Part shown: in pieces, positions 41,101 to 48,191 of the stretch
Layout: each line of letters opens with the position of its first letter
How positions within the stretch are numbered: the stretch's first letter is position 1
Assembly: GCA_963819655.1 (NCBI GenBank)
Contig: CAWFXA010000002.1
Coordinates: 352,001-416,000, forward strand
Direction: 5' to 3'
Source of the DNA: an uncultured Chloroflexia bacterium
GTDB taxonomy: Bacteria > Chloroflexota > Limnocylindria > Limnocylindrales > CSP1-4
DNA length: 64,000 nucleotides
Notes under the pieces: generated by a model
Databases searched by the model: none
What the model saw: the letters and a program-made list of their open reading frames with translations, nothing else
Told to the model about the DNA's origin: nothing
Translations under genes and position numbers: made by a program

Positions 41101-41302
41101 GATCCCGCCATTGGTCGTTGTGCTGCCACCGCTGCAGATCGCACTCGTCGTCGGTGGTGTCGTGGTCCTGGTCCTGGCGATCGCGACATGGCTCGCTCGT
41201 CGTACCTACGGGCGGGCGACGCTCGGTGAACGGCGTGGGGGCGTCGCGCCGCGCCAGCGCGGTGCTGCCTGGACGGCCGGATCGGAGCATGTCGATGGCT
41301 GA
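38195..41302 (+). CDS. FtsX/MacB-like ABC permease (duplicated)
   Basis: Two FtsX-type motifs (EVARLRAVGA, ELADLEAQG) with large extracytoplasmic loops. Confidence 0.8.
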   Translation: MPGPITSLVLARLRRRAATAAISVASVAAAAALIGIVSGIGLIASDATVERTLGASGADLPVVRVSRFSPSGADRAEASASATAAVDANMGAFTGPLVAGLLGHELADLEAPLFELIVAVDDPATWVTLTEGRLPARCEDGERCEAVLLSESAPDVDFRIARPAPGVELTIVGRGLLHPAMPFGDLDQRGPFGSRPIGGGEYQTGRSSPAVILVNGVKAVAEAPAFDRTGRTYVWTAPLDVDRVHPWTAGALRDATAALAGDLAADDTAFTVTSPMPGLEAALARADAARGRLLIVGSLGVAILLAFGVFVALVIREDVGAEVARLRAVGARRRDLIAFLVLEALIPAAIGGVVGWAVAAVVVATLSAWSGSDVGAILAGTLLGPTPLAAALLVIAAAIVATILATAPGIPRAGGVRIATAIALTATIMLGWQLATSGPLGAPALAGAIASPIVVLLPPTLVFLAALVLTTLLPPLLRAVTRRTTGAPLPIRLSLLSIARDPGRPAATVTLLAFSLGAMVFATAWSATLRQGNEDAAAYRSGLDLRVTELGTALSVAKSVVPVSRYESLGDDVSAVPVFRETSTTQPGARVEILGIEPAALPTLPGWRTDFSSTSIDDLADRLQVPAPSGGWRLTGHRLPTGVTDLEVRFTYSGQPVRLDAVVATDGGDAAIVPLGTIRDGMTSASARLPDSGIGGQLTALIFRNDQLIAGPQHQGDLVTGTVTFDGLEGLVADDPIDLEIFTVSSVVIRAPQASDGVVLPAIVSPNLARDAAADGSLDLHVGGGSVPLRVVGTAAWAPTITDANPRFVIVPLDPLLVAVASALPGAGRPTEMWITAPTPQRLDEVRHALGQAPFRFAEVTARADLVADRAGDPLTQAIVWSLVVAAIAGLLLSVGGLILGTVTDLRDERGELADLEAQGIPPSSLRWHALARTAWLAIGGGIAGLVAGLLLAVVVTGALALDAEGRLPIPPLVVVLPPLQIALVVGGVVVLVLAIATWLARRTYGRATLGERRGGVAPRQRGAAWTAGSEHVDG

Positions 41303-42773
41303 GGCGATCGCCGGATCGGGGCTGATCCGGATCCACCCCTCGCCCGGTGGCCCCGTCGCGGCACTGCGCGGCCTGGACCTGCACGTCGAGGTCGGTGAGG
41401 TCGCGGCGGTCCTCGGTCCGTCCGGCTCCGGCAAGTCGACCTTGCTGCGCCTGGTCGCCGGTCTCGATCGGCCGTCGGCGGGACGGTTGACCGTGCTCGG
41501 TCGTGAGCTGACCGACGCCAGCGACGCCGAGCTCGACGAGCACCGACGTCTCCGGGTCGGGGTGGTCGAACAGCATTACCGGCGGGCGTTGTCGCCATAC
41601 GTGCCGGCGGCCGAGGCCATCGGGCTGCCGCTGGCGCTGCGCGGCGTGCCCGACGCGGAGCGCAACGCCCGCGTGCGCGAGCTCCTGGAGCGGGTGGGTC
41701 TGGCCGACCGGGCCACTGCGTATCACCACGAGCTGTCCGGGGGTGAGCAACAGCGGATCGCGTTCGCGGTCGCACTAGCGCCGCGACCGGCATTGCTGCT
41801 CGCCGACGAGCCGACCGGGGAGCTCGACGGGGCGACCGCCGAGACGATCCTCGGGGCATTGCGCGACCTCGTGAGAGCCGAGGGCACGACGTGCCTCATC
41901 GTCACCCACGACGAGCTCGTCGAGCGGGTCGCCGATCGGGTCATCCACCTCGCCGACGGACGAGCCGTCGCAGAACGCCGTGGCCGCCCGGGGACGGAGG
42001 CTCGGCCGGTGCGCGATGAGCAGGGCTGGCTCGCGCCGCCGCTGCCGGAGCCGAGCACACCGGTCGCACCCGCGGTCCGGCCCGAGCTCGACGCCGATGC
42101 CGTGGTGCTCGATATGGTGGAGCGGCGCTACGGGACGGATGCGGTCGGATCCGTGGGCCTGCCGCCGACCACGGCCGCCTTCCGGCGGGGCGGGTTCCAC
42201 GTCGTCACCGGTCCGTCGGGGAGCGGCAAGACCACGCTCCTCCGGCTCGTGGCGGGCCTCGACCGCCCGACCGACGGTCGCGTCGTCACCCTGGGCACCG
42301 ACCTGGCCGAGCTCGATCGCGACGCGCTGGCCCGGTTTCGCGCGGCGCGGATCGGCATCGTCGACCAACTCCGCGACCTCGTGCCGTTCCTGACGGCACG
42401 CGAGAACGTCGAGCTCGGCCTCGCCATCCGCGGCTTTGCACCCGGGGACGCTCGCCAGCGAGCCACCGCCGCTCTCGCGGGCGTCGGTCTGAGCGATCAC
42501 CTCGAGCGCGCCCCTGACGGGCTGTCCGCCGGCGAGAGACTGCGGGTGGCGCTCGCCCGCGCGCTGGCTGCCGATCCGGAGCTGCTGATCCTCGACGAGC
42601 CGACCGCGGCCCTGGATCGGGCCGGTGCGCGGGCGGTGGCCCGGCTCCTGGCCGGCCTCGACGGGCAGGTCACGATCCTTGCGACCACTCACGACCCGGC
42701 CCTCATCGAGGCGGCGAGTGACCGGCTGGACCTCGTCGCGACGATCGCCGCGAGCGCCGCGCCGGCGAGCTGA
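41295..42773 (+). CDS. ABC ATP-binding protein with two tandem LolD/MacB-type NBDs
   Basis: GPSGSGKS/LSGGEQ/ADEP and GPSGSGKT/LSAGE/LDEP. Confidence 0.9.
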   Translation: MAEAIAGSGLIRIHPSPGGPVAALRGLDLHVEVGEVAAVLGPSGSGKSTLLRLVAGLDRPSAGRLTVLGRELTDASDAELDEHRRLRVGVVEQHYRRALSPYVPAAEAIGLPLALRGVPDAERNARVRELLERVGLADRATAYHHELSGGEQQRIAFAVALAPRPALLLADEPTGELDGATAETILGALRDLVRAEGTTCLIVTHDELVERVADRVIHLADGRAVAERRGRPGTEARPVRDEQGWLAPPLPEPSTPVAPAVRPELDADAVVLDMVERRYGTDAVGSVGLPPTTAAFRRGGFHVVTGPSGSGKTTLLRLVAGLDRPTDGRVVTLGTDLAELDRDALARFRAARIGIVDQLRDLVPFLTARENVELGLAIRGFAPGDARQRATAALAGVGLSDHLERAPDGLSAGERLRVALARALAADPELLILDEPTAALDRAGARAVARLLAGLDGQVTILATTHDPALIEAASDRLDLVATIAASAAPAS

Positions 42774-42801
42774 CCTGCGACGTCGCGCGCGCCGCGCCCG
42801 C

Positions 42802-43245
42802 TCAGCGGTAATGCGGCTCGCGCGTCATGCGAAAGACGGCACGCGCCAGGATCCCGAGACCGAGCGCCGTCAACCACAGGCCCGGCCCGCTGGTGAAGAC
42901 CTCTGCCGGCTCCGTGAACCGGAACGCCCCGAGACCGAGCAGCTCGAACACCCGCCAGCCGAGACCGATCCAGCCAACGATCGCCAGCAGGGCGTACGCC
43001 TCCCAACGATCGATCGGGGTCGGCCGGTCGCCGACGGCGTAGGGCAACACGACAAGCAGGAGGGTCGCGACGCCCGACAGCAAGGCCAGGATCCCGCTGC
43101 CCTCCAGCCCGTTGCCCTGGAGAGGTGGCAGGCCGCCGGGCGTGGCCAGCTGCCACCACGGCAGCACGCAACCCACCAGGATCACGACAGCGCCGACCGC
43201 GGCAAGGGTCCGGCCCCCGCCCAATGGCCGCCGGTGCATGGTCAC
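42802..43245 (-). CDS. small membrane protein
   Basis: LPWW motif and four TM segments; overlaps hpt stop. Confidence 0.78.
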   Translation of the reverse strand: MTMHRRPLGGGRTLAAVGAVVILVGCVLPWWQLATPGGLPPLQGNGLEGSGILALLSGVATLLLVVLPYAVGDRPTPIDRWEAYALLAIVGWIGLGWRVFELLGLGAFRFTEPAEVFTSGPGLWLTALGLGILARAVFRMTREPHYR

Positions 43246-43835
43246 GCCTTGACGGCCTCTTCCTGCTCCGCGCCCGCGCCATAGACCTCGGGCTTGAGCA
43301 CACCGACGAACCGCAGGTTCCGGTAGATCTCCCCGTAATCGAGACCGTAGCCGATCACGAACTGGTCGGGGATCTGGAATCCGATGTAGTCGACCGGGAT
43401 CTCGACGAGCCGACGGGCCGGCTTGTCGAGAAGGGTGCAGATGTGGAGCGTCCGCGGGTTCTTGCCGCGCAGGTAGCGGATCAGGTAGTTCAGGGTCAGG
43501 CCCGTGTCGATGATGTCCTCGACGATCAGGACGTCCTCGCCTTCGATGCTGGCGGACAGGTCCTTGAGGATCCGGACGAGACCCGACGATTCGGTCGTGC
43601 TGCCACCGTACGAGCTGACCTCCATGAGGTCGATACGGAGCGGCAGCTCGATGGCCCGCATCAGGTCGGCCATGAACGGCAGCGACCCCTTGAGCACCGA
43701 GACCAGGGTCAGCGTCCGGCCGGCGTAGTCGGCCGTGATACGCGCGCCCAGCTCGGCGACGCGCTCGGCGATCTGGGTCTCGGTGAGCAGGATGTCCGCG
43801 ACGTCATCGCGGAGATCCACGGCGCGGGCGGTCAT
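43242..43835 (-). CDS. hpt: hypoxanthine phosphoribosyltransferase
   Basis: VLKGS, VSSYG, LIVEDIIDTGLT, GYGLDY, YRNL. Confidence 0.96.
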   Translation of the reverse strand: MTARAVDLRDDVADILLTETQIAERVAELGARITADYAGRTLTLVSVLKGSLPFMADLMRAIELPLRIDLMEVSSYGGSTTESSGLVRILKDLSASIEGEDVLIVEDIIDTGLTLNYLIRYLRGKNPRTLHICTLLDKPARRLVEIPVDYIGFQIPDQFVIGYGLDYGEIYRNLRFVGVLKPEVYGAGAEQEEAVKA

Positions 43836-44341
43836 CGACCGGTCGTCTCAGGCTCGACGGCGGCGGCGTGACGGACGCGCCGACGGCCGGTCCCGAGCAG
43901 GCTCGCGGCCAGCGGTGTGGCCAGCGGGGTATGCGCGACCGGCTCGAGGGCGACGTCGTCCGTGAAGGCGTGGGGCAGGGCCACCTGGCCGGAGGTTCCG
44001 GACAAGCCGTCGACCAGGGCGTGCTTGCCGTACTTGAGCATCAACGCCCGGAAATCGCGCGCGTAAAAGAGCTTGACGTTGACCGACGGATACAGCTCAC
44101 GGAGCCGCCGCAGCTTGCGGTTCTTCTTCCGCACGAGCTTCTGCCGGAGTGTCGTCATCTCGAGGTAGCAATCGAGGTCGGGCAGGTAGAAGTCGGGCGA
44201 GAAGCTCTCGACGACCGCGCCATCGAGGTTCCAGAGGATCGGGAAGGTGTGGGGTTCGTACTCCCAGCGGACCGCATAGAAATCGAGGATGCGTGCCATC
44301 TCCGCTTCGCTGGCGTGTGCGAATGGCGTGCGGGAGTCCAT
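43832..44341 (-). CDS. conserved hypothetical protein, PD-(D/E)XK-like fold
   Basis: SEAEMARILDF..WEYEP..FSPDFYLP..YLEMTT; ATGA overlap with hpt. Confidence 0.8.
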   Translation of the reverse strand: MDSRTPFAHASEAEMARILDFYAVRWEYEPHTFPILWNLDGAVVESFSPDFYLPDLDCYLEMTTLRQKLVRKKNRKLRRLRELYPSVNVKLFYARDFRALMLKYGKHALVDGLSGTSGQVALPHAFTDDVALEPVAHTPLATPLAASLLGTGRRRVRHAAAVEPETTGR

Positions 44342-44411
44342 CGGCCACCAGTCTACCCGAGCGACCCTCCACCCCGTATCCACGGCCCCCGCCGGCCGCC
44401 GACCCGGCGCG

Positions 44412-44440
44412 TTGCCAGAGATACCCCCTGGGGGTATGAT
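44412..44440 (+). promoter_or_regulatory. csoR promoter with CsoR-type operator
   Basis: TTGCCA-N17-TATGAT; perfect palindrome ATACCCCC-T-GGGGGTAT 44421-44437. Confidence 0.88.
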
Positions 44441-44446
44441 GCGCCC

Positions 44447-44800
44447 ATGGCCACCAGCACCTCGCGCCGCGCTGCGCCGCCGGACCCGAGTCATTTCCGG
44501 CACAGCTATTCGAAGGACACCGCCCAGCTGATGCGTCGCCTGTCGCGGATGGAGGGCCAGGTCCGCGGGATCGCCCGGATGATCGAGCGCGAGGAGTACT
44601 GCGTCGACATCCTCCAGCAGACCGCTGCCCTGCGCGCGGCAGTGGATGCCCTGTCGATCCTCGTCCTCGAGGACCACGTCCAGGGCTGCGTCCGCACCGC
44701 CGCGGAGCGCGGCGAAGCCGACCAGTACGTTGACGAGGTGATCGACGTGGTGCGCCGGACGCTCGGCCGGCCGGTGCGCAGCCCCACCCGCACGTCGTAA
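44447..44800 (+). CDS. csoR: CsoR family copper-sensing repressor
   Basis: RLSRMEGQVRGI, YCVDIL, EDHVQGC (C-H-C ligands). Confidence 0.88.
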   Translation: MATSTSRRAAPPDPSHFRHSYSKDTAQLMRRLSRMEGQVRGIARMIEREEYCVDILQQTAALRAAVDALSILVLEDHVQGCVRTAAERGEADQYVDEVIDVVRRTLGRPVRSPTRTS

Positions 44801-44882
44801 CAGGGGCGGTACCTTCGGCGCCATCCCGCGCCCGCTCGGGTGATGTCGCGTGGACGCACCGCCGAGGGACCATCGGATCCGC

Positions 44883-46370
44883 ATGACCGACCCGGATCGG
44901 ATCCCCGCGTCCGCGATCCCGGCCGCCGCGCCGAGCATCGCGCCACCGCCGCCGTTCGCTGAACGCAGGCGGCGATCCCGCCGTGCCGCCGACCAGATCG
45001 CCGACGAAGAGACCCGACTGCTCGCGATGGCCCTGGACGTGCTCGCCTCGGATCGCTCGGCAGAGGCGCGTCTGGCGGACCTGCTCGACCTCCTCGCTGA
45101 CACCGTCGGCGCGACCCGGGCGGCCGTCGTCACGGACGCGGAGCCACGCCGCGTGGCGGTGGCGGCTTCGGGCGACGACGACAGACCCCACGCCGTGGAC
45201 CTTGCGACTTGGCTCGACGCTGCGGCGCCGCGCACCCGTGCCCAGCGTGCCGCCGCCCGCCCGGCCGACGTCGTGATCGCCTCCCGCGGCGACGGTCGTG
45301 CCGGCGGTCGCCGTCGCTCGACGCCGGCAGCCCCGTGTTACGCCTGGCTTCCGATCCCCGCTGCCGGGAACGTCACGCTCGGTTTCGCTTTCGCGAAATC
45401 CGCCGAAGCCGCCGGCCTCGGCGAACGTCTGCCGCCGGCCCTCGCCCGACACGCGGCCGTGGCGCTCGCGCTGGTGACCGAGTCGATGAGCACCGAGCGA
45501 GAGCTCGCGGCGTTGCATGCCCGCGAGGTCGAGCGCGTCAAGTACGTCTCGACCGTGGCGCACGAGCTGCGCACGCCGCTGACGGGGCTGTCGGGCTATC
45601 TCGACCTGATCCTCGACGGGCACGTCGATGACGAGGCGATCCAGCGCGAGTTCCTCGAGCGCGGGCGGTCGATCGCCGGGTCCATGACGGCGCTGATCGG
45701 CGACCTGCTCGAGCTGTCTCGGCTGGAGTCCGGTTCGCTCCAGCTCGACGTCGAGCCGTTCTCGGTCGCGGACATGCTGCACGCCGTCGGCGCGGCCCTC
45801 CTGCCGATCGCCATGGAGCGCGATGTGCCGCTCATCACCACCCCGCCGACGCGGATCCGGACAGCGACGGGCGACCGGCGGCGCGTCGAGCAGATCGTGA
45901 CGAACCTTGCGGCGAATGCCCTCAAGTTCGGCGCGGAGGGCGCCGAGGTCGAGCTGACGGGCCGGTTCGAGGGAGCCGCGGCGGTGATCGTGGTCCGCGA
46001 CGAGGGGCCGGGCATCGGCGCCGAGGATCGCGCGCGGATCTTCGACCGCTTCTACCGGATGGCCGACCACGAGCGGGTCACGGGGACCGGACTCGGGCTG
46101 TCGATCTCGCGCGATCTCGCGCGGATGATGGGCGGCGATCTCGACGTGGCGAGCCTCCTTGGCACTGGCTCGGCGTTCACCCTGGTGCTGCCCGGCCCGA
46201 GCACGCCCGTCGATCCGGACGCGATCGCCGCGGCGACGGCAGCCGCGGTCGATGATGAGACCGATCGACTGGAGGCCCTGGCCGCTGTCCGCGCCGCCGG
46301 GTCGCGCGCCTCGACCGCCCGACGATCGGCGTCGGTGTCGCGCGGTGCGGTCCCGGCCGTCCTCCGCTAA
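44883..46370 (+). CDS. soluble sensor histidine kinase (HisKA + HATPase)
   Basis: VAHELRTPL, NLAANALKF, DEGPG, GTGLGL; start could be GTG 44850. Confidence 0.9.
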   Translation: MTDPDRIPASAIPAAAPSIAPPPPFAERRRRSRRAADQIADEETRLLAMALDVLASDRSAEARLADLLDLLADTVGATRAAVVTDAEPRRVAVAASGDDDRPHAVDLATWLDAAAPRTRAQRAAARPADVVIASRGDGRAGGRRRSTPAAPCYAWLPIPAAGNVTLGFAFAKSAEAAGLGERLPPALARHAAVALALVTESMSTERELAALHAREVERVKYVSTVAHELRTPLTGLSGYLDLILDGHVDDEAIQREFLERGRSIAGSMTALIGDLLELSRLESGSLQLDVEPFSVADMLHAVGAALLPIAMERDVPLITTPPTRIRTATGDRRRVEQIVTNLAANALKFGAEGAEVELTGRFEGAAAVIVVRDEGPGIGAEDRARIFDRFYRMADHERVTGTGLGLSISRDLARMMGGDLDVASLLGTGSAFTLVLPGPSTPVDPDAIAAATAAAVDDETDRLEALAAVRAAGSRASTARRSASVSRGAVPAVLR

Positions 46371-46388
46371 GAGGCCCCCTCGCGCGAC

Positions 46389-46464
46389 TTATCCACCAAA
46401 CCCGGCGGCGTCGGGGACTTCGTGGACAACAGGGTTGACGGTCCCCGGTCCCGGCTCGTACGGT
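46389..46464 (+). promoter_or_regulatory. two DnaA-box-like 9-mers and a sigma70 promoter upstream of rsmG
   Basis: TTATCCACC 46389-46397; CGTGGACAA 46421-46429 (reverse TTGTCCACG); TTGACG-N18-TACGGT 46435-46464. Confidence 0.55.
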
Positions 46465-46471
46465 CCTATCC

Positions 46472-46577
46472 CGCACTGGGGCGACGCGAGGGTAACGCGG
46501 TCCACGAGGGGCTCGGGGAAACCCGGCCACGAACCGGATGGATCGCGGAAGACCGGACGATCATCGCCGTCGGTGCG
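46472..46577 (+). ncRNA. candidate structured leader RNA (family unassigned)
   Basis: Closing stem CGCACUGG-GGCGA / UCGCC-g-UCGGUGCG with three internal arms, one GAAA-capped; starts at the predicted TSS. Confidence 0.45.
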
Positions 46578-46639
46578 AGAAGAGTCGACGCCGGGAGCGG
46601 TGCCGCGCTGCGGGGTACGCAGGCCAAGGAGGCGTACCG

Positions 46640-47419
46640 TTGGATCGCAGGCGCGAGCCGCTCCCGACGCGCGTCCGTGACACCCCGGAGCTCCCCGCCG
46701 CGTATGACGCCGCCCTGCGGTCCGGCCTCGAGGACCTCGGTCTCGAGCTTCCGGAGCCAGCCCGCGCCGCGATCGACGGGCACATCCGCCTGCTCCTCGC
46801 CTGGACGCCGTCCATCAACCTCACGGCGATCAGGGATCCGGCGGCGGTCGCGCTCGGCCACGTCGTCGACAGCCTGACCGCCCTGACCTGGCTACGCGAT
46901 CAGGCCACCGCCCGGCTCCTCGATCTCGGATCCGGTGGCGGCTTCCCGGGCATTCCGCTGGCCGCCGCACAGCCGACCCTGGCCGTCACGCTCCTTGAGC
47001 CGGTCACGAAGAAGGCCCGCTTCCTCGAGACGGTCGCCGAGGCGTCGGACCTCGCCGGGCGGGTCGATGTGATCGCCGCCCGCGCGGAGGACTTGGCCCG
47101 CCACCCCGATCAGCGTGGTCGCTGGCCGGTCGTCACGGCGCGGGGTGTCGCCGCGGGGGCGGACCTCGTCGAGCTGGCGTTCCCATTGTTGGCGCCGGGG
47201 GGATCACTGATCGCCTGGAAGCGCGGCGACCTGGCGGCCGAGCTGGCCGCCGCTCACCGCGCGATCGAGGCGCTCGGCGGCGGGTCCATCGAGGTGCTGG
47301 ATGTCCGCGTCGGCGGGCTCCGCGACCATCGCCTCGTCATGGCGACGCGCGCCTCCGCCGGGCGTGTCCCGGATCGGTACCCGCGCGACCCCGCCGCGCG
47401 ACGCCGACAGCCGTGGTGA
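46640..47419 (+). CDS. rsmG: 16S rRNA m7G527 methyltransferase
   Basis: INLTAI, HVVDSL, LDLGSGGGFPG, RAE, TARG; TTG start behind AAGGAGG. Confidence 0.93.
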   Translation: MDRRREPLPTRVRDTPELPAAYDAALRSGLEDLGLELPEPARAAIDGHIRLLLAWTPSINLTAIRDPAAVALGHVVDSLTALTWLRDQATARLLDLGSGGGFPGIPLAAAQPTLAVTLLEPVTKKARFLETVAEASDLAGRVDVIAARAEDLARHPDQRGRWPVVTARGVAAGADLVELAFPLLAPGGSLIAWKRGDLAAELAAAHRAIEALGGGSIEVLDVRVGGLRDHRLVMATRASAGRVPDRYPRDPAARRRQPW

Positions 47420-47458
47420 GCGCAACCCGTCCGCCAGCCACTGCTACCCTCTTCGCCG

Positions 47459-48181
47459 ATGCGCATCGCCGTCCTGTCGGACATCCACAGCAATATCGTG
47501 GCGCTCGATGCGGTCCTCCTCCACGCCGCTGACGTCGACGCGATCTGGCACCTCGGCGACGTCGTGGGCTATGGCCCGGAGCCCGATGCGGTGGTGGCGC
47601 GCCTGAGCGAGCGCAAGGCGACCGGTGTCCGCGGCAACCACGATGCCGCAGCGATCGGTGGGCCCGAGATCGACTGGTTCAACCCCGAGGCGCGCGCCGC
47701 CGCGGAATGGACCAGGGACACGATGTCGTCGACCGGTCGTGCGTGGCTGGCCGACCTGCCCGAGCGGCTGACGATCGGCGACATGACGCTGGTCCACGGC
47801 AGCCCACGCGACCCGCTCCGCGAGTACATCACCGACAGCGAGGTGGCGGCGGCCAATCTGGAGGTGCTGGGGACCCCGCATGGCCTGCACGGCCATACCC
47901 ACGTGCCGGTCGCCTGGAGCGCGACGCCGGATGGGGTCGCGCTCGTTCAAGTCCGGGACAAGACGGCCCTCGAGCTCGGGGCGCCTCGAACGCTGCTCAA
48001 CCCGGGCAGCGTCGGTCAGCCGCGCGATGGCGACCCGCGGGCGGCCTATCTCGTGCTGGACCTCGACGTCGGACGCGTGACCTGGCACCGCGTCGCGTAC
48101 GACATCGCGACCGTCCAGGCGGGCATCCGCGCCGCCGGTCTGCCGGTGCGGCTCGCGGCACGTCTGGCGATCGGCGCATGA
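47459..48181 (+). CDS. calcineurin-like metallophosphoesterase
   Basis: SDIHSN, LGDVVGYG, GNHD, HGSP, GHTH, NPGSVGQPRD. Confidence 0.93.
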   Translation: MRIAVLSDIHSNIVALDAVLLHAADVDAIWHLGDVVGYGPEPDAVVARLSERKATGVRGNHDAAAIGGPEIDWFNPEARAAAEWTRDTMSSTGRAWLADLPERLTIGDMTLVHGSPRDPLREYITDSEVAAANLEVLGTPHGLHGHTHVPVAWSATPDGVALVQVRDKTALELGAPRTLLNPGSVGQPRDGDPRAAYLVLDLDVGRVTWHRVAYDIATVQAGIRAAGLPVRLAARLAIGA

Positions 48182-48191
48182 CAGACCGGTC

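Noticed and set aside
46380-46470. oriC
   Set aside because: Only two imperfect DnaA boxes, no AT-rich unwinding element, no dnaA/dnaN nearby
46472-46577. c-di-AMP (ydaO), SAM-I riboswitch or tRNA identity for the rsmG leader
   Set aside because: Only fragments match (CGGGGAAACC, GAAACCCGGC, a D-loop-like arm); GCUGAAUCC/CAGCUAAC, the SAM P1 and a T-loop/CCA are absent
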